64,000 bases of DNA, taken from Ptychomitrium polyphyllum. Its lineage: Eukaryota. The notes beneath the pieces were generated by a model. That model did no database searches, was not told the origin of the DNA, and saw only the letters and a program-made list of their open reading frames with translations. Made by a program: the position numbers and the translations under genes. Every line of letters starts with the position of its first letter. Positions within the stretch are counted from its first letter, which is position 1. Location of the stretch: NCBI GenBank assembly GCA_973851085.1, contig OZ316775.1, positions 11,532,001 to 11,596,000 of the forward strand, read 5' to 3'. Positions 13,970 to 27,609 of the stretch are shown here, in pieces.

Positions 13970-15435
13970 AGACTCCTAGAATTGGTATGATAAATTTTGT
14001 CAACTTTGCTGGCCATGCTGAGGGTAGAGTTTTGCCATGTTGACATTCTTCCTGTTGTTTTTGTAAAGAATTTTTCTAGCACAAATTATCATGTCTCGTT
14101 TGAAAGTGAACACTTTCAACATGCATACATTGGTGGCTTAGCCCTGAGAACCACGATTGTCTATATATACTAGGAGAAAACCAGTTTCTGGTTGCTTGGT
14201 TCTTTAGGGGTTAGCGGTGGAACCTGATGATTCTGCCTGGTACGTTGGAGTGTTGCTGACTATCAAAGAAAAGAATTTCATTGTTGCATCACAAGGCAGC
14301 CTGACAGTTCTTTCACTTAGAGATGATGAATCTTGTGAATTTTTATAGTTCTCTATTGTGTAATTCCCTATCTCTTGTGGAGCATGTTTTTCATCTCGTA
14401 TCTAGCTTGTTTAAGCGTGGCCTGCTATCAATCAGCCCTTGACGATTATTGTAGAAGATTGTTGATCATTACTCTTGTAACTTATGTCAACATGCGTTCC
14501 AAGCATCTAATTGTTCTCATCTGATTTTTCACTCTTACGGAACTGGTAGTGCTTTTTGTGACGCACTCCTGCTGTGTCATGCACTCTTTATTGTCTTCTA
14601 GCTAGGCGTTAACGGAGATGTCACTAACAAACCGAAACCTAGTTCTGCAACAAACTGTCAATCAGGATTCTTCATGAGGTAGAGCGAAAGCTCGAGCTCA
14701 TTAAGGTAACAGAATTCCTGTGAATGCATAGTTCCTTGGTAAAGGCAAGATTGTTAATAATCAAAGCCGATGATTATAGCGCAGTAGTACCATCATCATC
14801 ATGGTACACGAGTATGAGACGAACTCCCGGGCCTAAACGAAACATACGCAAACTGGCTCGGTGAGTCTATGCAAAACCATCACGGAAGAATGTCTACGCC
14901 TGTCATAGACTTAACAAGAACAGTGTATAGAGGACGTAGACTTTATTAACTCAACGCATAGACTTCAGTGGAATAAATGTAGCTGAATGGTAGATAATGC
15001 GTGTGGTATGTACAGTGACGCCTTTGGGAATATCCATCGCCATGACGCTGAATGGCGATCACTTGAAGCACTGTAGCCAGCCACGTCCAAAGTAGGAACT
15101 GCAGCACCATGCCTATCATAACTCACTTCATGAAAATATTTCCCTCTGATCCACTTGGCACGCCCAGGGAGGCGCCACTTGGCCCCCAGAAACACGCCGC
15201 CACGGCCAAGGTGATGACCTACAAAACGAAGGCCTTGTTTACTTTAGAGGAACTGCATTTGCAGGACAACGTTTGTACAGCAGTTTTCTCCTCTGGACTC
15301 ATCGATCGCAACTCGGTTTAACTTACCCCTTTGAATCTTCTGTGCAGGTTTCGTGTTAAATTGCGGGGAACTAGTTTGCTAGCCGGTAGTTGAGGAGGTT
15401 GTTTTGTTGGAGAGATTAGGAGAATTCATCGCGCC

Positions 15436-15741
15436 ATGGCGGAGAAGAAGTTCGACACTACTAAGATGTCCGGGGAGGAGCTCAAGAAGCTGGGGTTGGA
15501 GGGAGCCAGGAAGGCGCCAGGTTCTAATGGAGGGCCTGGGTCGACGCTGCACCAGCAGGGAGGGCAGGGATTGGGGAAAGCTGGCCGCTATCCGTTCATG
15601 ATGTGGGGAGTGGCGGCTGTTGTTGGTGTTGCTGCATTTTCGTATTACAGGTCGCTTGGTGTGCAGCAGATTCCCGGGAAGAGTAACCAGGCGTTGGAGT
15701 CGAACCACCCTGCCACCGCCAAGGCGCCGTCGGAACGGTGA
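15436..15741 (+). CDS. Small (101 aa) single-pass membrane protein of unknown function
   Basis: GC-rich ORF with strong start context (GCCATGG) and one hydrophobic helix (FMMWGVAAVVGVAAFSYY) followed by a basic residue. A TGTGCAG acceptor at ~15347 suggests a 5' UTR intron. Confidence 0.75.
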   Translation: MAEKKFDTTKMSGEELKKLGLEGARKAPGSNGGPGSTLHQQGGQGLGKAGRYPFMMWGVAAVVGVAAFSYYRSLGVQQIPGKSNQALESNHPATAKAPSER

Positions 15742-17140
15742 AAGGACTTAGTTTCTAGAGCGTGTTAGGGTTATGGATTTTGCTTGGGGTATGAGTTCTT
15801 GGGATTGTTTGATATTTGGTTGCAGTTTTCGAAGTGGTGTAGAATCTAGGGTTTTAGGGACCCAGGTGAAGGGTTTGTAGGATGGGCACGCACGGCCATG
15901 GCGTTCACGACGCTGGAAAGCCTTTGGAAAGGTTCAGGTAGTGATTTGCGACTAGAGTTTGCATGCCGCCTTTACGCTCTTTGAACGCCTTTGTGTCTGA
16001 AGCGTGACAGTTGCATTCTGAAGAGCTTTTGATCCATGTGAAGCAGAAATAAACTTACAGAAATTTTTCTTTGACATATCGGGCGATTTTGGAAATTTGT
16101 AAAATCAATGTGTCAGCCGCATAGCTATGCGGTGAGGTATTGAAAATCTACTCTTGACGAATGCATATACATCCTTTCCATTGCCTTGGGATGCTTAGGT
16201 TGTCAACCAAACATCAGTCGCTGTATTGAAGCGCGAGGATTTGGCCTAATCTTCTTAAACATGAGCTATGTGCTAGGATTTCTAATGATATGCACATCTA
16301 ATGCCCTAGAGAAGAGAGAACGGAGATGTTAGTCGTGAAGCAGCAACATATAGCTTACAGAAAGTAGTTACCATTGTGGTGCATATACAGCTCATACATT
16401 TCAAGTGTTCCTGCAAGTGGACACTCGGGAGAACTTCAAAAGTAGTAGATGAATGTCAATTTATCACAACGTCCTGCTAACCTCCAAATGTGCATATACA
16501 CCAGCTGACGTTTTTTCCTTGGACTCCTGGCATTCTACGGATATAAACTTCAATCATCTGATAAAGTACGTTATCTGCTTAAAGTACTCAACAATTATGC
16601 TCGTGCAATTTCTTATCCACCAGGAAAGGACTCAACCAGTAGAGTACAGTGACCGATTTGATAGGAGTTGCTTGTCGTCTCCTGGTAAGGTGGTATATCT
16701 AGTCTGCACCATCCACAGTAATCTCCAGTTACACTAATCTGAAAGCAATTGAAGGCAGGATGGTAGTGTCGTCGGGACGAGTGGTGGATGCAATACCGAG
16801 ATTTTGATGACCAAAGTGTGCTAAGATTCTCTGATGCGAGAACCGTTGAAAGCATCGACCACCGTCCAAGTGGAATCGCAGCACCACAGGATTGCATCAC
16901 AGACCCTCACGTTTGCAGGAAAAGAGGTGCACACTGGCCCACACTAAGTGTGTTTTGAGAGGCTGGCAAGTAATTTTATATCCTGGATAAAAGCAACGCT
17001 AAAGCGCTTCAGCAACTTGAGTTCCTCGCCACAACGCTTTCTTAGTCCTGGTTTGTGCACCACTGCCATCGCTCGTCGGTCATCGAGATCCTCCTGCATT
17101 CCGGTTCCTGGAACCTCTGAACCGCAAGGCAGGCGCTGCG

Positions 17141-20100
17141 ATGGCTGCAGCGCACATGTCTCCTCCCTGCGCTCTCCGTACGACATGGGGCACGAATTAT
17201 TTGAGGTGCAGTTGTGGTGCCGTTATGCCAGGTATGTGGACTGAGAGAGCCCTGTCTTTGTAATGCTGGGTTGTTTTGTGGAGCTTGATTGGCGTCATGG
17301 ACGTTAAAAGCGTAAAGATCTAGAAAATGCTAGGATTACATTTAGGTTCCTGTCGATTACTTTTGCGTGCAAATTTTTGTGTTTGCTGGATTCAGCTTTC
17401 TGTTGCTTTGACAGGACTGTGCCGTTGCTAAGCTTGACAATGGGAGAGTGGGCAGTGGTAGTGAGGCAGGTGAGCTGAGGTGATGTGATGTCTGCAGGTG
17501 CTGAGGTGCGACGGGGGAGTGACGTGGGGTTCTCTGTGAAGAAACTAGGTTGTTCTTCTAAGAAATTTAGATCTTATCTTCCTTGCAAGGAGGCAGGAAG
17601 TTGGCGGCAGACAGGGATTTGTAGAGCACGATTCGATTTTCGTGGTAACAGCGCTGAGCAGGCCAAGGAAGAGGACGCGTCCACGCTCTCGGAGATGTCC
17701 ACTCTTGTCGATGACCTCTCTAAGCTTAATGAAGTTGTGAATGAAGCTAATAAAGGAATAGGCGCTGATGTACGAAATAGGGTGGACGTTTTGTACAACC
17801 GTGCCACATTGCTTAAATATTCAGCGGACCGGATGGTTGATAGTGGTGGCCGCGTTCCGGTGCAGCTCACTGCAACTCTCAAGGTATTTAGTATCTCTTC
17901 TTTTGTTTGCCGATGCCTTTCCAGTGCACCCTTTTCTCTGCATTCTGGCCTGAGTTAGTGAACGTCATGGCTATCTTTAAAGATTGGTTGGGATTTTCCT
18001 TGTGGGCAGGGGTTGCAAAGAGAGCATGCTTCTGTGGAAAACATTGTTCGTCTTGCGATGGAAGCTGGACCAGTTATCCCTGACACGGAAGGTCCACCAA
18101 GCAAGCCAAATCCTTTCCCAAGAGAAGCAGAAACATTGGCTGTTGATGATCAGAATCAACCTTTGAATGTCATGCTTCCTTTGATAGAGAAGGAAAAGGA
18201 GGCACCATCTCTATTTGAATCCCTCACTCGGCAGAGTTCTTTGAAAGTAGATGTTCAGCCTTCAACTTCTGAGACAGGAGACTATGTGATGAGTACAGCG
18301 GCAGCTAAAGTAAGGTTGCTCACTAGGAATTTGAATTCGTGCAGCTAGAGCTGATCTTGTGTTGAAGTATTATATGGTGCAGGAGAAGGCAGACTAAAAA
18401 CCTTGTCATACTTCGTTCACCTTGGTTTTAGAACTATAACTGACTGGCCATTCTTTGCAGGATTCCTCACCACTTGCAGCGTTTCGAAAAGAGATTGAAC
18501 GCCGGGTTATGGAACAGGTGCGATAACTCGATGTCTTTAGGTGTCACCAAATCGAATCACCAACTACGATACTGTGTAGTAGAACCTCTATATTGCATTT
18601 GTTGTTGATGTTGCTTCCAGTTTTTAACGCTGAGTTTACTACACCTACGTATGCAGCTATCTGGGAAGAAAACGCCAACAACGAAGCCAGACGAACAAGA
18701 AGAACCATCAGAGGACAACAATGTTATTGGACTACTTCAGGTATAAATTTTATTTCTGCGTTCCCTCTTAGCACGCATATTTGATATCTGTTTACTACCA
18801 ACCGTAAAGAAGCCACTCGTGCAGCGAGGTGGCTTTCTATTTCATTCAGAAATTGAATCAAGGTTTTATATCAGCTGACACTCTCTCGTAGTGCAATTTC
18901 AGCAAGTTGAACATTACGTAAACAGGCCTAATAAAAAGTTAAGCCACAACTAAATAGGTCGAGTCACACCGATTTTCCTCTTGCATCCGTATTAAATGGC
19001 GCGCGGGAATTGTGCCAAAAGAATAGGGGTTAAGAATTGAGAAACTCTGGACAAATGCACCTGAGCGCTATCTCTTCAACGAAAAGTGGTAGCCTGATCC
19101 TTTCAAAATCTCAAATGCAGGCTTGAGTGTACACCACAGACATCCTGCTTGTCAGCAAGAAGTCAATCTCTGCGCCTTGACTGAACTGGCCATCTTTCCT
19201 TCTGTAGAACCTCCCATTGAGAGGAAGGCTGCCATGGAGGCGTGAAAAGGGAGCTGTAAAGAATGAAGAACAAGCAGCAGATACATATACTGGTGAAATT
19301 GATACTCCTGAAGCTCAGCCGCAGATCTTGGAAGAAATGCAAGGTCTAATTAGGTAGTTTTCACTAACACAACTGTTTACTTGTCTTCTCCTGTGACGTC
19401 TACTGTCATGCAACTCTACTTTGACGGATACTTTTAGTATTATCTACTCTGTCTGCAAATTGAAGTTACCGTGTATTCTGGACCCCGTTTCGTGGTTGCT
19501 TCACGTTATAATATAGTGTATACATGTTCCTTTGCGGTGAAGTTTGCCGGATGAGCAGCAACAGGCAAGCCTAGTGGATATAGAAACCAATTCGAAGGAG
19601 CTAGACAAGCTGCGAAGTGACTTATCAAGTCTTGAACAGCAGTTGTTGGATGCTAAAGAAGGCTCGGCCAGGGCAGATACAGCAGAAGCACAACTGAAAC
19701 AGCTGACAGAGAAGATGGCAGCGACGGTACCCTTGGATGTACATGATCAAGTGGTGAGTATCTGAGTGGTGTTTTAAGTTATGTATTTTAATCTGGGTTG
19801 TGGCGTAGTAAGGTGATGATTTGTCCATTTTGACTGTGATTTTCGTTACTACTGAAGACTTAATGATTGATTTTTATGGTGCAGGTTAAGCTAGAACGAC
19901 AGTCTCTGTCGATGGCTCGAACAAAGATTGCACAAGTTACGACTGAATTGAAAGAGAAAGAATCCATGTTGAGCGCAGTCAAGAAAAATATGATGGCTGA
20001 GCAGGAGAATCTTTTAAACAAAGTAAGGTTCTTCATCAAATGCTGCTATAGAATATGAGGTTAATTTCTGAGTTTAATGTATTACGTGACATAATCTGGC

Positions 20101-22432
20101 CTGAGCAGTTGGAAGTGAGAGCAATAGCTGAAGCTTTTTAGAACAAAGATGATCTTTGAAAGTTTCCTTGTTAATACACTCTCGTCCAGAGGTATGTAAG
20201 AGTCATCATAGTGCAGTTGTACTTTTAGTGCAGCTAGACAAACGTTTTTGGTTCATGATTGAATAGGGCATTGAACAGCTGTAGCTTTTTTTCAACGTTG
20301 AGGACGTAATGGTGCATCTGTAGTCGAAGATCCGCACTTGAACGGCTAATGTGTGTATCCATTGGAGGCTGCATGACAGTCATGGTATGAGATTGCTAAG
20401 AAATTACCTGTGTTCCTGAAGGTGAGGGAGCTGTCTGGTGAACTCTCCAAGCGAGTAAGTGCAGAAGAAGTTGAGGCTGCTGTTAATAACGCGGTGCATG
20501 AGTTGGAGAAAGAACTGGGAAATGCTTTGAATAGAGCCGAATTTCTGAGAGTCGACTTAGAGACGAATGAAAAACTTCTGAAGCAGCTGCAGAAAGAATG
20601 GGATACGGAGAGGATTAGTTTACGTGGGGAGCTTGCTAATGTGAAGGGGCAGTTGACAGAACTGCAGATGGAGCAGGCTAATGACAGGGACAAACTCAAG
20701 GAAGCATTAGAGAGGGTAACTATATTTCTTTCATAAGGACGACACTTCTCTTTTAAAACAAGGATGTGCAGGAATATGTAGATGTTACTCTTACTCAAGA
20801 TAATTTCCTTATCCGTTTGTGATTCATCTAGTCTGGTGCGTAGAGCCAGAGAAGGCATCCATTGTTATGCAAAGTACATCCATGTTCTGAAGAAACAGAT
20901 CTTAGGTCAAAGTTCCTCTCAAGATAGTTATGTCTTACAAAGTGTTCTTCTTATTTCAGGTGAATGGATTAGAAGACTCAGTGACCAGGTTAGAGAAGGC
21001 AATGATAGAGGCTGAGGAAGAAAGGATGATTAGGGAGAAGAATGTTCTAGTTACTGTGAGAGCGCTAGTTGCAGATATGGTGAAGACGAAACGCGCACAA
21101 GCAAAGATTGGCTCATTTGATTCCAAATTATTAGAAGCCACTAGTTCATTAGATGGAAACGACAAAAATGGAGCGAGCAGTGCTGAAGATGTACTAGCAA
21201 CGATGTTTTCTGGAGAGAAAGCTGTGGCGCTTGAGACTTTCTTTGTCATGATGGGTGTTCTGATACAGCAAGAGAGTGAGAGAATGGAAATTAATCAGTC
21301 AAGAGAAGCTGGTAATTACGCAGGAATTCGTGAGTCCAACGACGATCATCATTTGAGTGACGTAAAAAGCTCGAGAGGTATGTGCTATCAAGGATAATCT
21401 AATTTGTGAGCTAGGTTCAGTGTTTTAAGGTATAGTGGTACAATAGATAGACATCATGACTTACATGAAATATGCATACGTCTTTCAAATGGATATGCTT
21501 TGGACAGATAGAGGTTCACTTTGTCATTATGTAGTCTCGTAGCAAGACGACTGAGACTCACTGCGATGATGCTTGTTGTGACGAATGTGGTGTGATGTTG
21601 GCTTGCAGTTGACTTGAAAAGAACGACAAAGCCCATCATTACTTTGTATTATGAGAGCAGTTGGGAGTTTTCTTATCTTCACTATTCGGCTGATGGTTCT
21701 GAGTAAGTCGATGTTATCTGTATGAGATTTTTATGTATGGAATTCGGAAGTTGCACGAGGTGTTTTATGTTTAAGATTTCATATTTTGAGGTTGAATTAG
21801 AGCATATTTTAATCTTGTGATTTTTCGCAGGTGGACGGCGTTGCCGGGTATTTGCATGCGTAATGGCATTGTTGTGAACAACATGCCATTAAAGGTAAGA
21901 TGACAACCACCAGAGTAGTACGAAATTACTATACAGAACTTCTCTATTCTTGCAGGTTCTTACCTTCTGCATGAATTTTAAGTGCATGTCCATCACATCT
22001 GTTAACCTCTTTTCACCTCTTTCTGCAACGTTATGTTTTTTGTGGGCACTGTTATGCTTTAGTCAAAGTTCTGACAGTCTTAAGTGTTCGCAGGTTATAG
22101 ACGTAGAGGGGAGCAAACTTGAATTCGTTTTGACAGATGGACGAGGATCATGGGATTGGTAAGCTGAGGTTTCTTTTCGTTTGTGTTTACTTTGGTGCCA
22201 CGCATCTATTCAAAAGTTTCCTGTTCTACTCTAGTGTGTATTTTCAGTGGCGTATATCTGTTGAAAATTTGAGTTCGGCCTTTTATCTAAGTAGTTGAGG
22301 ACGGCCTTCGTAAAGCTCACTATTGATTTTCTGTGAATGTTCAATTACAGTGCTCCAAGTGGAGGGAATTATCACATCAGAAATAGCGGAACGTTTCTAC
22401 TGTCTTCAGGATTCATTGAACAGAAAAGATGA
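17141..22432 (+). CDS. Putative plastid-targeted long coiled-coil protein (~800 aa, ~14 exons) with C-terminal CBM25-like starch-binding domain
   Basis: In-frame GT-AG chain: 17141-17231, 17498-17883, 18010-18309, 18461-18517, ~18657-18740, ~19208-19353, ~19543-19753, ~19885-20022, ~20422-20715, ~20960-21377, 21609-21702, 21831-21894, 22094-22158, 22351-22432 (TGA). N-terminus MAAAHMSPPCALR is transit-peptide-like and the middle is rich in E/K/L heptads. Alternative start at ATG 17488. Confidence 0.8.
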
Positions 22433-24577
22433 AGCATCAATTGCCTTTCGGAGCTATCTGGAGAACTATCAGATGTACGTTTCGCGGTTCTCCATTTCAA
22501 CAGATGGATGTCTTGCATGCTAAAGTTGCAGGGATTCGTTCTGATCTTTCATGTCTACCAAAATGTGAATATTTGCAGCTTTCCTATGATCGATTTTATT
22601 TAAGTCGATCGATTATAGAGTGTAGACGAGTGCTCACCTAGATTCTCTACATCATTGCAGGAATTGTATCATTCGTTGTAGGACACTCTGTATAATGCCC
22701 TAATAAAGAAATGAGTTTAATAGAGGTGCCATGTTGCTTGCTATCTTTTCCTTTGGTTCCTTGGAAGAGAAAAGTGAGGTGCAGTCTCTATCCGACAGGC
22801 TCAAGTAATCACGTTTGTCAGTAGTATCAAGATCTCATTTTGTGATTTGAAGTATGGTTCGATAGTTGAGCCTCAGAAAGCTAAGATAAACCTATCTCTA
22901 ATTTTATTTTGACAATTACAGTGAACTCATACTGAGCTCAGGTGGACATATCAAAGGCCGTCTGACTACTCCTAATCCTGTGAGCTCACGATGACCAACC
23001 AAAAACTTTTGGGTTGATAACCCAGGCTCCACCAGGGTGAGATGGCTGTGCTTTTGAAAGGTCTAACGTGCACTACGGTACATCACAAGCGTCCCTAACC
23101 TCTGGTAATTTTGAGTCTATTATCTGTGCATGGAGGGATGCTGTGTACATGTGCAATGGCTCCATTTCACAAGACATATCCTTGTCATAAACCTATGTAG
23201 ATTCTGGATCAACATGAACATATTGGACTTGGAAAACCCACCTTGGCTTTGCAATTTACAGACTATTTATGAGTAGTATCACATGTTAAGGAATTTACTA
23301 TAACATGAAATGCTAAATGGCACTACAGTACAATGTTTCAATGTAGGTCTACTTCCCATAATCTCACCTTTGATTGTTCCCACTTCTTTCCATTGAAATG
23401 CTGCTTTTCTTTTTATTATGAACAAAACGGAGTCTCTGTTGCACAACAAAATATGTTGTTTTCATGACAAGGTTGTATTTTTGTGCTATTGGACAAAACT
23501 TCAATAGTTAGATTTTCTTTAACTATCATAACTTACTAAAAGGATCCAAAGTAAAAAAGTTATATCGTAATAATAAAGAACTACAAATGAAATCTATATT
23601 TTTTACTATGAAAATATGTATTTACAACTTGGAGTAGAACATTAAATTTTTAAGTATTTGTAATCATTATATTATGCACATTATTTGTTTGAAAGCATCT
23701 TTAGACAACATTAATATTGAATGGATATTACCATAAAAGCAATCTAAAAAATCATACAAAACTAACTATAATTTGAATTGAAGTAGATTTGAATATTAAA
23801 ATGAAATTATAAAGGGCCAAAAAAAAGATTTTGAAATCTTTTATGATTCAATTTTTTTTTATATATTAATTTCAAAATGATATATATTTTCATGGTCAAG
23901 TCATTTTATTTTGTAACACTTTAGAAATAAAAACTTGCAAATTTGTTAATTTCCTTTCAAATTTAAATAAATTACAAGTTTGAAATATAATAATGTTTTT
24001 CTATTCCATTTTTTATGGATCAATCATTACACCTAACATCTCATTTTTGAGAAAAAAATAACAGTAATTTTTATTCACTGTGAACATTTACGTTAAACTT
24101 GAAATCATACAACTTAACAAATAAAAACATACACTAGTTTGTATTATTATTAATGATTCTTCTGATGTCTAGTACAAGATTTTCCATCATTTTGAACCAT
24201 TAAGGAACTTAATATGTTAATTTATTGATTTGTCTACTTACATGTCTAGTATGTATGTGTACATGTGTTATAAAATTTAGAATGGAGCCATCTTTTGAAC
24301 TAGAATTACTTTGTTTTGAAAATCAACTATGAATATTACAATTTTTAAGCCTCTCAAGGTATAAAGAACTCAACTTAAAAACTCCTTTGGCTCCAAACAG
24401 GAACATTCGGTACCCTTAGAAATCCTAAAAACTTGGAATTTTACTAAAATACACATGGATTAGACTTATTGAATGGAGACGGAGGCCCATTCCGCGTGGA
24501 ACTGTCGTGTCGCACAGACTCTCCGCACACTGAACATGATCACGCTTGGAAAAAGTGAAGGATGGGAGAAGCCTGGA

Positions 24578-24633
24578 GCCATGCGGCCATGGGGCCATAC
24601 GGGCCATGCGGGCCATGCGGCCATGGGGCCATG
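24578..24633 (+). repeat. Seven tandem GCCAT(G)-core units (8-9 bp period) ~100 bp upstream of the PP2C start codon
   Basis: gccatgcg gccatggg gccatacgg gccatgcgg gccatgcg gccatggg gccatg read directly. Confidence 0.9.
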
Positions 24634-24732
24634 AGGACTGGAGCACTGAGGAGCGTCGACGACGCGACCCACAAGTGTTTCTAGATTCGAGGTTGGTCTA
24701 AAACCTCCAGTTTTGCAGCACATCTGGTGGCT

Positions 24733-27609
24733 ATGGCGACACCAGCTATTGCCCACCTGCACCCACACGCAGCTCACCACACTCCTCGACTCTCTGCGCC
24801 TCCGGGACCTCGCTGGAGCCATGCCATCTCCCGCACTGCCATCACGGCCACCTTTCCTCGCGTCCACCCCTCTTCCTCGCATCGACTGGTCGTCAATGCC
24901 GTGTCCACTTCTCAGCAAGCGGTTGCTGACTCTGCCAGGTTCGGTCAGAATTCGAGGAGGATTACTCTTTTGGTTGTTTGAATCTCTACTATCCTTGGTG
25001 GTCGATTGCAATTGCTCATGTGCCTCATTTCTCTAGCTGGTGTTGAGCTGGAATTTTGTAGATAGTGCAAAGGCTTTTTTTATTTGTAAAGTTCTCTTAT
25101 GACTTGTGTCATGCTTTCAAGTTAATTCTTCGAGCAAATTATGTTGCATTCGTGAGGATTCGACTTGGTGAGGTTGTTGCAAAGATGATGCCAGTTCTTT
25201 GGTTGGGATTAACACAGTTCTCGTCTGCAAGAATTAGTAATATTTCGGTCGATGGTCTTAAGAGTGGGTGGGCGTTGTGGAAGTGGAGCTCAAGTGGTGG
25301 TTCCAGTGGTTTCGTCTTGGAGGACTCAAGATAATAAAGAAACTGAGCTATGAAGAGGGAACCATCACTAAAACATGGACATTTCCCTATGACACAATTC
25401 TTTTTCAGGATTGTGGTTGGCCATTGTTATAGGTTAACAATATTTGTTTGGTATTTTGTTTGCAGTATCGAACTAGCTTTCGCAGTTGGGGCTAACGTGA
25501 CTCCACATCCAGACAAGGTGAATAGCGTTTGTTTAAACAGAATTAATGATCTGAGATATCTACATAGCAATATTTGATTGAGTTGAAGAGCCACCTTTAT
25601 GAATTGTTTACTACGCTTCTCTGAGCAGGTTGCAAAAGGTGGCGAAGATGCTTATTTTGTGAGCAACTACCGGGGAGGTGTCCTTGGGATTGCCGATGGT
25701 GTCGGAGGGTAAGACCATTCAAGATTTGTTTGATGACATGGAGAGGCCAGATTTACCGTGCATTCGCTCAAAAATTATTTATTGGCATGTGATTGTGGTA
25801 GTGATAACTTAGGGTTTTCTCCGGGTGGCCCTGCAACAGGTGGGCAGAGCAGAATGTCGACCCTGCTCTCTATTCCAAAGAATTTATGGCTCACGCTGAG
25901 GCTTCTGTTTCTTCTGAGGAGGTCTGCTTTAAAAACAATTGATAGTCTTATTATACGTACCAAGTTAGACCATAGAGCATTCAGTTTTTTTCTTTCTGTT
26001 TCGAAATTATCCATAGAAATATGAGAGATTAGAGAAGAAATCAACGTTTTAGAGAATAGATTTGCATCATGTTGGTAATGGTGTAAACGGTGTGCCCAGA
26101 TGGAGGTCAATGCGCAGATGCTACTAGCGAAGGCACATGCTGCCACAAGCTCTGTTGGTGCTGCTACTGCGTAAGTCACTAACAAATTATCTCTATAACT
26201 GATTGATTTTGAAATGTACGTGTGACTAGTTTACAAAGTAAAGTTGATGGTTCTTTAAGAGTACTTAAAAATAAGGGTTCCAAAATCAAGGATTGTTGAC
26301 ACCTCTTGGGCCTCTCTGTAAGGAAGTATTGTGGCACTGTTGGAAAGGAATGGCTATCTGCATGTTGCCAGCGTTGGTGATTGTGGCATCCGGATCTTGC
26401 GGCAAGGTATGTGACTATCCATTCTCATACTCGGTCAGTCCGTCACCTGATGATTCAATTTTGTAGTTGCCGAATTGCCATGAGTTGAGCCTAGACATTT
26501 CTGGAGGGAATTCTCAGTTTTTAATGATTGCCTAAATTGCTGCAGGTCGAACTGTGTTTGCATCACAACCACAGCAACATTATTTTGATTGCCCATATCA
26601 ATTCAGTTCTGAGGAAGGTGGACAATCAGCTGCAGATGCAGTAGTAATACCTTAAACCTGGAAAGATGACTGTACCTTGTATCCATACTGGCTTCATTGT
26701 GATTTACTTTGCATGTGTCATGCCCGGAGATCCCTTCCATCTACTGAGTTTGTATGCTCGATGTACCCTAGGACCGGTTCAGTGAAATTAGTGGAGTTTG
26801 GAGCAGGTATTCAAAGCAGAGCTGAAGGAAGGGGACACAATCGTTATGGGCTCGGATGGGCTGTTTGATAACGTGTATGACCGGGATATTGAGATAACGC
26901 TCAGTATTTTTGGTGGTTCTGATCAAGAGTCGGCTCAACGTAGTGGTAAGTAGGTTAACAGTTATCAGCCCATATATTATAGGTACTACCAGAGCTTCCG
27001 AATTCTACAAAATGATGCCAGAATGTGACATTTTCATGGATGGAAGTTGCAATTTTCCCGGGTCTTGATAGAACACGGGTTGAACATGTCCAGTACACAG
27101 TTTTTTGTAACACGTGGTTAAGATGTCCATACCTCGCGTATCCCATGAGGAGCCTTAAGTATTGACATCGCAAGGTGACTGGACTGCAGCGAACGCGTTG
27201 GCAGCGTTGGCTAGCAAAAACTCTAGGGATACTACATATGAATCGCCTTACAGCAAAGAGGCCATCCAGCAGGGCTTCGATGTGCCTTGGTACAAAAAAG
27301 CATTGGGAAAAAAATTGACAGGTAAGTATCTCTTGCAATACGTTCTACTATTTGACATTCCTGCAATTGTATCCTGTAAATGCTTACATACATTAAACTG
27401 CAGCTTACGTTGTGTTACATTCTGCAGGGGGGAAGATGGACGATATTACAGTGATTGTGGGCCATGTTGTGAAGGAGCAGAATCCTCCAGAAGCAATAAT
27501 TGAGGAAGAGAACCCCATACCTAGGACGCAGGATATAGGCTTTGACACTCCACAAACTGGGGGTGTGGAGGAGCAGTTTCCAGAGGGCTTAGCAGAAGGC
27601 TGGGCGTAA
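24733..27609 (+). CDS. PBCP: Chloroplast PTC7-type protein phosphatase 2C, photosystem II core phosphatase (PBCP)-like, multi-exon
   Basis: Transit-peptide-like exon 1 from ATG 24733. Spliced motifs PHPDKVAKGGEDAYFVS, GIADGVGGWAEQNVDPALYSKE, VGDCG, HYFDCPYQFSSE, MGSDGLFDNV, GFDVPWYKKALGKKLTGGKMDDITVIVG. TAA ends at 27609. Confidence 0.9.

Noticed and set aside
17415..17469. Candidate extra coding exon in the CBM25 gene
   Set aside because: Joining it to exon 1 introduces a stop and would need a 28-nt intron; at most a non-productive splice variant.
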